Made by a program: the position numbers and the translations under genes. Shown here piece by piece: positions 26,801 to 38,960 of a DNA stretch of 64,000 nucleotides. How positions within the stretch are numbered: position 1 is the stretch's first letter; the number at the start of each line of letters is the position of its first letter. The DNA comes from Eledone cirrhosa (Eukaryota): assembly GCA_964016885.1 (NCBI GenBank), contig OZ024755.1, positions 41,850,001-41,914,000 of the forward strand, given 5' to 3'. Below the pieces are notes generated by a model, which had not been told where the DNA came from, made no database searches, and worked only from the letters and a program-made list of their open reading frames with translations.

Positions 26801-27010
26801 CTTCTGTCTTACTGTGGTGTCAGTAAGGTGTTTAGGACCGTGTCCAGTGACCCACTGACAATTAGCACAACTTCTGTCTTACTGTGGTAAGGTGTTTAGG
26901 ACCGTGTCCAGTGACCCACTGACAATTAGCACAACTTCTGTCAGTATGTGGTGCTCAATTCTCATAGCACATACGAGGTCTGCATATTTATTAATCCTTT
27001 CCATTTCCTT
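8871..27010 (-). mobile_element. Third RLE-LINE 3' fragment in the opposite orientation, split by the satellite that expanded from inside it
   Basis: The minus strand from ~27009 reads MPEKEMERINKYADLVCAMRIEHHILTEVVLIVSGSLDTV, matching the RLE K..KY.DL...VP.V.G.LG region. The left flank continues PKHLTTFIKSL and, in another frame, TSGILCDIWRI*, then a short UTR. Confidence 0.7.
9032..26952. repeat. ~18 kb tandem satellite, unit 64/65/70/71 bp (aaggtgtttag(g)gaccgtgtccagtgacccactgacaatt(g/a)gcacaacttctgtcttactgtggt(gtcagt)), roughly 260 copies
   Basis: Period read directly (9041 to 9111 = 70 bp). Variants differ by a 6-bp indel (gtcagt), gg versus ggg, and aattgg versus aattag. Copy number estimated from length. 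Confidence 0.98.
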
Positions 27011-27325
27011 TTCAGGCATAATAATAATTGTTTCTACTTTTGGCACAAGGCCAGCAATTATCGCAGTGTATTACTGGTACTTTATTTCAGCCATAATAAT
27101 AATAATAATAGTTTCTGAGTTAGGTACAAGGTCAACAATTTTGGGGGGAGGGGAAGGTCGATTAAATCGATCCCAGTACGTTACTGGTGCTTTATTTTAT
27201 CGACCCCGTAAGGAGGAAAGACAAAGCTAACCTCGGCGGGACTGGAATTCAGGATGTAAAGTGCCAGAACAAATACCGCAAGCCATTTTATCATATACAC
27301 TAACGTTTCTAGCAATTCAGCGCCA
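27011..27325 (-). mobile_element. tRNA-derived SINE fragments (a short 3' end plus one longer diverged copy)
   Basis: Matches the recurrent consensus tgtttctacttttggcacaaggccagcaatt..tactggtactttattttatcgaccccgtaagg..aacctcggcggga seen at 38961, 42364 and 50350. Confidence 0.75.
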
Positions 27326-27380
27326 GATGGAATATAAGCTTAAAGTTTTCAAGAAACATAATAAAGAAGTTTATACACAC

Positions 27381-27534
27381 CAGCTTTTAGAATCGGCATT
27401 TTCCTGGTAAAGATTATACGAAACCAGCCTGGTTCTTTTGAGTAGGAAACTCTCCCACCACAGAAGAAAACTTTGTGTTCGAAAAATGTTTTAAAAAGTT
27501 CCATTTCACACTCGAAAGTGTTTTCTTTCATAAA
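27381..27534 (-). CDS. ACCS: ACC-synthase-like aminotransferase, exon 6 of those seen: FMKENTFECEMELFKTFFEHKVFFCGGRVSYSKEPGWFRIIFTRKMPILKA
   Basis: tttcAG acceptor, phase 0, 154 nt, GTgtgt donor; contains the conserved EPGWFR motif. The donor is less certain because the frame also stays open to a TGA at 27349. Confidence 0.85.
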
Positions 27535-28107
27535 CTGAAACAAATGAAAAAATGTGTAACGATATATCTCTTTTTTATGTGCGAAACAAAAATATATATA
27601 ATTGATTTACATTACATTTATAATGAAAAGAAAGAAAGGGAAAAACATGGACTTTAGGATTTATTCTGATCAAGAAATACAGGGTAATCCTTCCAGTAGT
27701 TAAATTAATTTCAAGAGAACATATTTATGAAGACAGAAATAATATCGCATGGCATTGATATTCTCAAATCATTTAGTAGTCGCCCAAGCTGAAATGAAAT
27801 TATTTATGAAGGTCGACTGAAAATTCATAGGCTGACTATGAAAGAGTGATGTTAGGGTTGTGAAATCTTGCATATATTAATTTCAGCTCTTCTATTCTTC
27901 CGTGACACTAGAGTCCTTACTATTTCCTCCCTTTTCCGTTTATTTCTTCTTTTTTCTTTATATTTTCCTATTTTACATTCCATTCTTTCTTCTCAATCTA
28001 AATTTCAGGGTGAAGCAAACACATCGGGTGAAGTAGGGTGAAGCAAACAAACGCAAACAAAACAAAGCAACCAAAACGATACACACTACACAGCATTAAA
28101 TTTGAAC

Positions 28108-28276
28108 GGTGAATTGGCAGTATCGGTAGAGGGTTGGACGCTATGCTTTCTAGCATAGTTACGTCCCTTTACAGTCTGAGTTCAAATCCCGCCGAGGTTA
28201 ACTTTGCCTTTCATCCTTGCGGGGTCGATAAAATAAAGTACCAGTAATGTACTGGGTAATTGCTAAAGTAGAAACA
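28108..28276 (+). mobile_element. tRNA-SINE inserted in the Tx1 LINE, with a 13-bp TSD ATTAAATTTGAAC
   Basis: TSD copies at 28095-28107 and 28277-28289. The homologous LINE copy near 1565 is uninterrupted. B-box-like gagttcaaatccc. Confidence 0.9.
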
Positions 28277-29148
28277 ATTAAATTTGAACAACAACCAATT
28301 ATTACACTACATCCAACACAACACCAGCATCACAGAAAAAGACTACATAACATCCCAAAATTCACACCACCTCCACACATACAAATCACTCGCATCACAC
28401 AGAAAACGTACACGACACTAAAATTAAAATTCCCCATGGACAACGGAAACTTCCGACAAACACTCTCCAGGAGGATTTATAAGGACAACATTCCGGAGGA
28501 GGCCACAGGAGGCAGTGAGAAGGATGGAGAAACCGTCCTTCCTCTACGAGAAGTAAGGTAAGTGGTCTTTCCCATCTTTTTCCACTCCTTTTGAACATGA
28601 CCTCACTCAGAATAAGCAGCATAAATGCGCATGGCCTGAGGTCGTCATGGAAGCAGGGCCATCTGCTCAACGACCTCAGGTCACTAAACCTAGATGTGGT
28701 CGCCATCAGCGAGACCAGAATCTCCTTCGTACTGATCTTCGGCGGCTATCATGTGTACGCATCTCCCAGCCGTCCTGGATCGGGGGGAGGAGTTGCTGTG
28801 CTTTTTCGGAGAGGTTTGGATCTCGCCAAGCGGGCCATCTTCCTGGACCCAGAAGGTAAGTTGGTGGTGCTGGACGTGACCAGCGGAGACGGGCAAGCTT
28901 TCAGGCTAGAGGCTTTAGCAATATAGAAAAATAGAGCAGAGGGAGAACTAGTTAGAAAATTAGACGAGGCGCTTAGTAAAGGCATCGCGACTGACGTACT
29001 TGCGGCGAAATTGGCCCTTGACCAATTCTTCAATGCAAAGCACCAAGGCTGACCTAGGGTGCGTGCTCTCAGACACTAGGGGACGAAAGCCGTTCAATGG
29101 GCCCGAGTCGCGGAGGCGCGTCGTGGCAACAAAGCCACGATCCGGTCT

Positions 29149-31428
29149 TTGGTGGACCACGACGGGCACATGCTACTCGATCCCGGGAAAATGTGTGAAG
29201 TTTTTCAGCGACACTTCGCTCAGCTGTTCGGGGGCAGCGGCGGGCCGGATCAAGGGATGGACTTTAGTGCCTACCTCGACGGACTGCCGCGGCTCTCGGC
29301 CACTGAGGCGGAGTGTTGCGAAAAGCCGATAACAGCCGCTGAAGTACGAGAGCCAATGACTGGCTGCACAAGGGGTAAATCGCCTGGCTTGGATGGTCTG
29401 CCCTATGAACTTTACGTACAGATGCCAGACTTCTTCAGAGGCTTCTTGGCGGACGTCTACTGCAACTGGAAACAGAACGGGAGAATTTCCAGCTCTGTGA
29501 GCCGAGAAGCGGTGGCACTGCTGAGAAAGGATCCGAACAAGGGGGATAATATAGATGATTTCAGGCCCATAACTCTGCTAAACACAGAGTTTAAGATTTT
29601 GGCCAAGGTGCCAGCAAAGAGGTTGGCGCTTGTCGTTGGTGGTCTGGTGGGAGAGGCGCAGACATGCGCCATTCCAGATAGATCCATCCACGACAACCTC
29701 CACCTCATGCGATACATCGTAGAGAGGGTAGCTAGGGAACCTGGCACGAGTGGGTCCTTGATCAACTTAGATCCGTCGAAAGCTTTCGATAGGGTCGACC
29801 ATCGTTACCTAGCGGCAAACCTGAGGGCGGCTGGCTTTGGGCCCGTCTTCAGAGGCTGGATCGCTGCCATGCACAGCGACATCTGCTCTGTGGTGAGAGT
29901 GAACGGTCACCTTTCGGAACCGTTCAACATAATGCGCTCGGTCTCCCAAGGATATCCCCTCTCGTCCCTCTTGTACGTATTGACTCTCGAGCCATTACTG
30001 CACAAACTGGAGACGTTGAGGGGGATCCCGCGCGAACTAGGATGCGGAAGATCCGTGTCCGCATATGCCGACGATGTCACCGTAGTGGTGTCGAACGCCA
30101 AATACATCGAGGCGATCGGCACTACACTAAGAGAATACGAAGCGGTGACAGGAGCAATGATCAACCAGGAAAAGTCAGTGGACCTGCAGCTCGGCACCTG
30201 GAGAGGCAGGTCCATGCCGTCCAACAGCGTCGTCGGGCGCTGGACGGACGGACCGGTTAAATTGCTAGGGGTCTGGTTCGGTCCGGACCTCCAGACGGAC
30301 AAAAACTGGGACGAGGTGACGAGCAGGGTGGCTTCTCTCACCCAGAAATGGGCGGAGAGGAAGCTATCCCTGAAAGGTCGAGCGGAGGTGGATAGCGCAT
30401 ACATCGCGTCCGTCGTCTACTACCGCCTGACCGTCGTACCTTGTCCTAAGCCTCACCTGACTGCGCTGGAGCGTTTGCTCTTTCGCTTTTTGTGGAAGGG
30501 ACGCGCTCCAATGGTCAAGCGGTCCATCTGCTGTCAACACCCTCTACGTGGAGGGCTGGGCATGCCGTGACTGATGATGCGCAGACACGCGCTCAGGCTA
30601 CGACATCTCCACCTCTTCCTCAACGGTGATCAGGTGTGGTTGCCGTTTGCTAGACGGGTCTTTCCCCAGCTCGTCTCCTTGACGGAGCTGCAGTCCTGGG
30701 TCAAGCGAAGACCGAGAGGGTGCGCTTGGAGACTGGAATGTTTTCAGGCGCTCACAGCCCTCGACCAGTCGGGCAATGTGATCGGTGGAAACTCCACCTT
30801 GGCGTTCTATAGAGGATTAGTGGAGGGGAAGAGCGACGACGTACTTGGAGAAACTCTAGGCGTCGACGAAAATCAACTAGCCAATATCTTCGGAAGAACT
30901 TTCGGGCCGGGGCCTATGGACAATTTCCAGAAATCCCTGGCCTGGCAGTGCTACCGAGGAGCTTTGCCAGTTCGGGATAAACTCTACAGGCATGGAGGTG
31001 CCGTCAGCCTGGCATGTCCGAGATGCACGCAGGGCGACGAAACCGTCCTGTACGCACTCGTCCAGTGTCCGAGCATTGCTGACTTCTGGGTTTATGTCGA
31101 ACACCTGCTGTCGCGTATAGGACGGATCCAGCTATCAGCTGAGTCCATCGTGAGGATTGCCCCGCCCTCTTCCTTTAGCCGGGAAGGGCAGGCAGTTTTT
31201 ATCTCTCTGGTGGCCATGGCGAAAGAGATAGTATGGTGGACACGTTTGAAAGGGCTGAAGACGAGCACTCACCTCTTCAGTGATGCCTTGATTAACTTTT
31301 TCAAATTTTATTTGAAAAGGAAAATCAGGGTAGAGAGGGAAGTGCTCTCTTCCCAGCATTTTGTTGAAAGATGGGTGAGAGAGGCAAGAATGGCCCGAGT
31401 GAACTTTGAGTATGTGTCTGTAAATTAA
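29149..31428 (+). pseudogene. Tx1-type LINE ORF2 reverse transcriptase, interrupted by a TGA at 30568-30570
   Basis: Two ORFs in the same frame separated by a single stop; canonical RT motifs. Confidence 0.88.
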
Positions 31429-31773
31429 AGGTGGAAAACTGGGAGAGGGCACTTGCCCTTGTGGTCAGGGTCACTGTGGCTTTTTAATGGGCTTTCTCCA
31501 CGAATGTCCCTCGGAAGTCTCCCCCCTATTGGGGAATTTTTTCATTGTTCTATTACATCCTCTGTTTCTTGTTTTTTTTACACGCAGAAATGCCCGTTTG
31601 TACCGTCCTGTATTGTCCTGTACTGTCCTTAATGTCTACTTTGTGTAAACCCTTGTGGTTAATAAAGAAAGCATTATTATTATTATTATTGGTTGAGGTC
31701 AATTAACATGCTTCCCCTAGCAACCAATTGGTAGAAAAACCTTACAAAAGGAAACAAATATTACATATCTCAC

Positions 31774-31916
31774 CTTACTGAAGTTAGCCCAAATAAAGAA
31801 TCCTCCACTGGAGCGGTAAACTGTAACTCCTTTAGATTCCAGGCGACTAACAGCCAGTTCATAAGTTTCGTACATTCGGTGTTTTAGTGTTGGAAAATAT
31901 ATATTCTTAAACCAGT
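31774..31916 (-). CDS. ACCS: ACCS-like exon 5: (D)WFKNIYFPTLKHRMYETYELAVSRLESKGVTVYRSSGGFFIWANFSK
   Basis: ttttcAG acceptor, 143 nt (phase 1 to 0), GTgag donor; GGFFIWAN resembles the AGxFxWxD motif of ACC synthases. Confidence 0.9.
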
Positions 31917-31974
31917 CTGAAAATCATGTATTAAGAAGGTAGGATTCGGTGATATAAGTCATTAAAGCATCGAG

Positions 31975-32262
31975 TTAAAACGGTTTACGGTATTTGTTCT
32001 GCTTCACTGCACTCTGAGTTCAAATCCCACCGAGATAAATTTACGTTGTGTCCTTGAACAAGACACTTTATTTTACGTTGCTCCAGTTCACTCAGCTGTA
32101 GAAATGAGTTGCAACGTCACTGGTGCTACCTTTCTATTGGATAACATCGGTGCATGGCAGACTGTTGGTCTTCGACACACAAATTTGCCCGGACATGTGC
32201 CTCAGAGGGGAACTTTCCAGGTGCAAATCGCATGGCCATTCGTGACCTAAGGGGGCCTTTAC
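31975..32262 (+). mobile_element. SINE-like element of a second family (tRNA-like head, gtgtccttgaacaagacacttta central domain)
   Basis: gagttcaaatccc B-box followed by a conserved-looking central domain; ends at a (TA)n tract. Confidence 0.55.
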
Positions 32263-32312
<50 letters not shown>

Positions 32313-32395
32313 CAAATCAGGCCGATCAGTCACTGTATATTTTAGAAAATAACATATATTTTCACTAGCTCTGACAGTTGGCAGGTGAACAGTGA

Positions 32396-32441
32396 GCTGT
32401 ACTGATGAAGGGTAATACCCAGAAGCATTAGTGTCTGCAGT
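32396..32441 (+). ncRNA. Degenerate type-I hammerhead ribozyme motif
   Basis: gctgta-CTGATGA-agggt aat accca-GAAG-cat ta gt-GTC-tgcagt. Stem I is 6 bp and stems II and III are present, but GAAA is mutated to GAAG and the stem II closing pair is A.A. Confidence 0.55.
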
Positions 32442-32579
32442 TCTGTTTGCATGCCAACACAAGAGCAAGAATGAAGGGTTCATTCTACTGAGATGGCTTT
32501 ACAAATGAGGCTTGTTTGCATAATTGCAAACGAATCGAATATTATTATTAGTATTCGAAAAACTCAGATTACATTTATA

Positions 32580-32584
32580 TATGT

Positions 32585-32631
<47 letters not shown>

Positions 32632-32866
32632 CGTGTGTGCGTGCGCGCGTGTGTGTATGTGTGTCTATGTGAGTATGTATGTGTATGTATGTGTGTGTGT
32701 ATGTGTGCATGTGAGCGCGCGCGTGTGTGCGTGTGTGTGCGCGCGTGTGTGTGTATGTGTGTATGTGGGTGTGTGTATGTATGTGTGTGTGTGTATGTGT
32801 GTGTGTTTATGTGTGTGTGTATGTATGTATGTGTGTATGTGTGCGCGCCTGTGTGTGTGTGTGTGT
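32580..32866. repeat. Compound (TG)n/(TGTA)/(CG) microsatellite
   Basis: Direct reading. Confidence 0.95.
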
Positions 32867-33431
32867 GACCCTCAACTGCTCCAACTTGAACCAATCTAAG
32901 CTACACCAAACACTGAAGCAAACAGAATTCATAGACCTAGGCTCAGCTTTACAACCTCAGTAGATACATATGAAACTGTGATAGACTTAAAGTAAAACCG
33001 ATCTCGCCCTTCAAAGGGCCTTCATAACCAGCCTACAGCAATTACTGGTACAGCGAACGTCATCAAGCTGCAATCGTCACGTGGTTTTTACGTGTTTTTA
33101 CGAGGGAAGCGTTTCACTACCTGTATCCCTTTTCCTGGCTTCTGAGACTGATAAGAGAGAAGAGGCTGTCCCCAAACCGGACGTCCGAATGTTTCAAACA
33201 GAACGGACTCTGTTAAAAACATCCAAAGACCAGATGGTGATGGCGTTAAACCAAATGGACATTGATAAAGAGGGAGGGGGTCAGAGGTCAGGTGGTTGTG
33301 TTAAACAGAATGGACACTGCTATAAACACCCAAGGGCTAAGAGATGACATTAAACCGGGAAAGAATTATGTATACTAAGATTATAACCTCGTATATATTA
33401 CAAACTTTAAATATTGTCACTTGACACTTAC

Positions 33432-33573
33432 CAATATCTTCAATGAAACCGGTTAGTAAACGTTGAACTAACATGGATACTGCCGAATAGAAAGACACTT
33501 TACGCATGAAACTCAGCAGTTTGTCATTTTCACTGTACAGTATCCCACAGCGAAATCCGGACAGAGCAAAATC
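33432..33573 (-). CDS. ACCS: ACCS-like exon 4: DFALSGFRCGILYSENDKLLSFMRKVSFYSAVSMLVQRLLTGFIEDI
   Basis: tttgtAG acceptor, 142 nt, GTaag donor; completes the PLP-lysine motif SK|DFALSGFRCG. Confidence 0.95.
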
Positions 33574-33609
33574 CTACAAAAGAATGTTTATCAATAAGTT
33601 AGAAAGTGT

Positions 33610-33918
33610 TAACATGTTTTATCAAGGCTTAACAAGGTTTATCGAGTTTTAACAAGTTTTAAGGTTTAACAAGGTTTAATAAGGTTTATCGAGTTTTAAC
33701 AACTTTTAAGGTTTAATAAGGTTTAACAGAGTTTATCAAGGATGAACAAGTTTTAAGGTTTATCAAGGTTTAACAAGGTTTATCGAGTTTTAACAAGTTT
33801 TAAGGTTTATGGAGGTTTAACAAGATTTATCGAATTTTAACAAGTTTTAAGGTTTATCAAGGTTTAACAAGTTTAACAAGGATTAACAGAGTTTATCAAG
33901 GATTAACAAAGTTTATGA
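33610..33918. repeat. Degenerate minisatellite built from aaggtttaac/aaggtttatc/gagttttaac units
   Basis: Direct reading. Confidence 0.85.
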
Positions 33919-34319
33919 AGACGCTATGAAATGGGATCAAACTCAGGACCTAATGATTGTGGGGTGAACCCCTGAACTAATCGCCTCTGCCTTTGTCCAG
34001 ATCACCAGCTCTATAGTTCCTTTCTATTAGAATCAAGAACCATCCCTGTCGTCAGCAATCTTTACAATATACACAAGTATTTCACAAGGAGTCAAACAAA
34101 AGACCATCTAAGAGGTCTCTGGAGCTGCTAGAAATAGCAAGCATGTCTCCCTTAAATCATATTGTATCGTCTTAACTGTATACATTAAATGATGCAGGTC
34201 TACATGGCCTTAACAAGAGGATCAACTTTAGAATGATGTGTGTTTTAAGACTAAACCAGGTTTTATCAGAGGTTAACGGCAAATGGTTATTGATTGAACT
34301 GATTGATTTGGGAGTTCAT

Positions 34320-35420
34320 GTATATAACAGTGTATATAACAGGGTATATAACAACAGGGTATATAACAACAGGGTATATAACAGCAGGGTATATAACAAC
34401 AGTGTATATAACAATGTATACAACAACAGTGTATACAACAACAGTGTATATAACAACAGTGTATATAACAATGTATATAACAACAGTGTATATAACAACA
34501 ACAGTGTATATAACAGTATATATAACAGTGTATATAACAACAGGGTATATAACAACAGGGTGTATAATAACAGGGTATATAACAACAGGGTATATAACAA
34601 CAGGGTATATAACAACAGTGTATATAACAGCAGTGTATATAACAACAGAGTGTATAATAACAGGGTATTTAACAACAGGGTATATAACAGTGTATATAAC
34701 ACCAGTGTATATAACAACAGGTATATAACAACAGTGTATATAACAACAGTGTATATAACAACAGCGTGTATAACAACAGTGTATATAACAACAGAGTGTA
34801 TAATAACAGGGTATTTAACAACAGTGTATTTAAAAACAGTGTATATAACAACAGTGTATATAACAACAGGGTATATAACAACAGTGTATATAACAGTGCA
34901 TATAACAGTGTATATAACAGTGTATATAACAACAGTGTATATAACAGTATATATAACAGTGTATATAACAACAGGGTATATAACAACAGTGTATATAACA
35001 GTGCATATAACAGTGTATATAACAGTGTATATAACAACAGTGTATATAACAGTATATATAACAGTGTATATAACAACAGGGTATAAAACAACAATGTATA
35101 TAACAGTGCATATAACAGTGTATATAACAGTGTATATAACAGTATATATAACAGTGTATATAACAACAGGGTATATAACAACAGTGTATATAACAGTGTA
35201 TATAACAACGTGGTATATAACAACAGTGTATATAACAACAGTGTATATAACAACAGTGTGTATAACAACAGGGTATATAACAACAGTGTATATAACAGTG
35301 TATATAACAACATGGTATATAACAACAGTGTATATAACAACAGTGTATATAACAACAGTGTGTATAACAACAGGGTATATAACAACAGGGTATAATACAA
35401 CAGGGTATAACAAGAGGGTA
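34320..35420. repeat. 12/15-bp minisatellite (gtgtatataac(aac)a)
   Basis: Direct reading; it produces the spurious YNNSV/YITTV/LLYT ORFs. Confidence 0.95.
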
Positions 35421-35431
35421 TATATTCTTAC

Positions 35432-35564
35432 CTTACTGAACCCCCACAAGACATGGGTCTTTGTGGGTTGTAAAATGTTCGTAGACAAAACACTGATTGG
35501 TTGTTTATCGGTTCCAAATATCGATAAGCCATAGATCTCATCAAATATGACATGGAGGTCAAAA
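35432..35564 (-). CDS. ACCS: ACCS-like exon 3: (S)FDLHVIFDEIYGLSIFGTDKQPISVLSTNILQPTKTHVLWGFSK
   Basis: ttgtAG acceptor, 133 nt (phase 2 to 0), GTaag donor; carries the DEIY motif and the PLP-binding Lys (GFSK). Confidence 0.95.
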
Positions 35565-35814
35565 CTACAACATTGATCACAGATTAGAGACAATTATATA
35601 TCGTTTGATTTACAACAGATTATTGATTTAAGAGAATTTCGATCGTGTTACACCCCAGGGGAGGGGGGCAGGTCAGGGGCACGTTCTTGGGAATGTCCAT
35701 CTTCACCTCGATCACAGTACGGGGAAACAACTTCTCTATCCTGTCCCCCGGGGCCACAGGGCAGCTAGCGTGTGGGACCCCATTTGCTTATAATAGTGAG
35801 ATGTAAGGAGGACT

Positions 35815-37023
35815 GGAGAGACGTAGGCGGTGACAGTGGGGGACTGGTTCCTTTGTGTCCCTACCTGGTGTATATGTGAGGTGGGGAGGGTGGGAGAGAC
35901 GGAGGCGGTGACAGTGGGGGGTTGGTTCCTCTGTGTCCCTACCTGGTGTATATGTGAGGTGGGGAGGGTGGGAGAGACGGAGGCGGTGACAGTGGGGGGC
36001 TGGTTCCTTTGTGTCCCTACCTGGTGTATATGTGAGGTGGGGAGGGTGGGAGAGACGGAGGCGGTGACAGTGGGGGGCTGGTTCCTCTGTGTCCCTACTT
36101 GGTGTATATGAGTGGTGGGGAGGGTGGGAGAGACGGAGGCGGTGACAGTGGGGGGCTGGTTCCTTTGTGTCCCGACCTGGTGTATATGAGTGGTGGGGAG
36201 GGTGGGAGAGACGGAGGTGGTGACAGTGGGGGGTTGGTTCCTCTGTGTCCCTACCTGGTGTATATGTGAGGTGGGGAGGGTGGGAGAGACGGAGGCGGTG
36301 ACAGTGGGGCGCTTGTTCCTCTGTGTCCCTACCTGGTGTATATGTGAGGTGAGGTGGGTGGGAGAGACGGAGGCAGTGACAGTGGGGGGGGGGTGTTCCT
36401 CTGTGTCCCTACCTGGTGTATATATGTGGTGGGGAGGGTGGGAGAGACGGAGGCAGTGACAGTGGGGGGTTGGTTCCTCTGTGTCCCTACCTGGTGTATA
36501 TATGTGGTGGGGAGGGTGGGAGAGACGGAGGCAGTGACAGTGGGGGGGGGTCCTCTGTGTCCCTACCTGGTGTATATATGTGGTGGGGAGGGTGGGAGAG
36601 ACGGAGGCAGTGACAGTGGGGGGGGGGGGTCCTCTGTGTCCCTACCTGGTGTATATATGTGGTGGGGAGGGTGGGAGAGACGGAGGCAGTGACAGTGGGG
36701 GGGGGGGGTCCTCTGTGTCCCTACCTGGTGTATATATGTGGTGGGGAGGGTGGGAGAGACGGAGGCAGTGACAGTGGGGGGGGTCCTCTGTGTCCCTACC
36801 TGGTGTATATATGTGGTGGGAAGGGTGGGAGAGACGGAGGCAGTGACAGTGGGGGGGGGTCCTCTGTGTCCCTACCTGGTGTATATATGTGGTGGGGAGG
36901 GTGGGAGAGACGGAGGCAGTGACAGTGGGGGGGGGGGGGGGTCCTCTGTGTCCCTACCTGGTGTATATATGTGGTGGGGAGGGTGGGAGAGACGGAGGCA
37001 GTGACAGTGGGGGGTTCCTCTGT
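35815..37023. repeat. ~78-bp G-rich VNTR, about 15 copies, with G-run length variants
   Basis: gtgacagtggg at 35830 and 35908 (period 78); each unit contains ggggagggtggg and G-runs of up to ~16 nt. Confidence 0.95.
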
Positions 37024-37120
37024 ATCGTACATACCTATTAATTTTATTTATTCTAAGTCTTTATAATTAACACCAATATCATTGGTTTCATTTCTAATCC
37101 GGTCGCAATTTTACACTTTT

Positions 37121-37592
<472 letters not shown>

Positions 37593-37800
37593 AGTTTAAT
37601 AAATAAACAGAGAACAAAAAACAGAAAAACGAAGAGGCAGTACAAATGATATTAGTATTAGTTGTATATAGTGTATATATAACTATAAATACTATTATTA
37701 TATATATATATATACGTGTGTATAATGGTAGCTATGGTGCTTCCATAGGCGGTATGCCAAAATTAGCACTCAATATTCATACAGAGCAGAGTGTGGATAG

Positions 37801-38235
<435 letters not shown>

Positions 38236-38255
38236 TTATATATATATACATACAC

Positions 38256-38317
<62 letters not shown>

Positions 38318-38960
38318 TGAGGAAACGACTCTAACCGTGACTAACCCAACTGAAAAGTTTCGTGAAATAGTCTTTTTAAGACTATATAGTGCATTTGTAG
38401 ATTTTTCCAAATTGACGGAGAAGTATTTACTCTTAATTTTATTTTGAGTTAAGACTCTTTTGGTTTTTCCCCGGATTACACAAAATCTGTGGATAAAATT
38501 TCTGGTCTTGACTTGTTTTGAATTGGGATTAAATTATTTTCCCATATCTTACGTTAAATATTTTTCATCTTGACGTAATAGTCACTTATATGTCTGAATT
38601 ACTGTTGGCTTCTTGCTTACATTAATTTCTCTATTTTCATTTATATATTTATACTCGGAATTTAATAATCAAAACTATGTTCAAATCATTTTATTGCTGA
38701 CAATCGTTTCTTCCAAACTTTCGTTTGGAATCCTCGGAGCACTAGCAAGGTTTGGACATATAATTAACTTCCTATTCAACTGAACAATCATATAGATACA
38801 TGGATATTAATGTTATCATCAACAGCTTCGTATTTACAGAGTGGAATGGATGTGACAGAGATTACAAGAAAATTGTATAATAATTAAAGCGGCGCAGAGT
38901 GGAATGCATGTGACAGAGATTACAAGAGAATAGTATAATAATTAAAGCAGTATAGATAAT

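Larger units (their letters stand above)
28040..31690 (+). mobile_element. L1/Tx1-type LINE, 5'-truncated, with an internal deletion in the APE domain; RT, C-terminal zinc-binding region, polyA signal and (TTA)n tail
   Basis: ORFs 28591..28926 (APE start), 29149..30570 (KSPGLDG, FRPITLLN, KAFDRVDH, QGYPLS, YADD) and 30574..31428 (CPRC..DETVLYALVQC); aataaa at 31661; TTA tail. Confidence 0.92.

Noticed and set aside
9032-26952. CRISPR-like array
   Set aside because: Units are contiguous with no unique spacers, there are no cas genes, and the context is eukaryotic. The same applies to the 29-bp array.
33000-33360. Possible coding or LINE fragment (ORF 33081-33347)
   Set aside because: No recognisable motif on either strand.
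34005-34065. Hammerhead on the minus strand (CTGACGA...GAAA)
   Set aside because: Stem II does not close next to GAAA, and there is no matching stem I or III.
34233-35593. Long ORFs (433 aa +, 425 aa - in frame with exon 3) as a repeat protein or intron-retention isoform
   Set aside because: The frames are open because the 12/15-bp units lack stops in those frames. Exon 3 has a strong GTAAG donor and joins exon 4 in phase.
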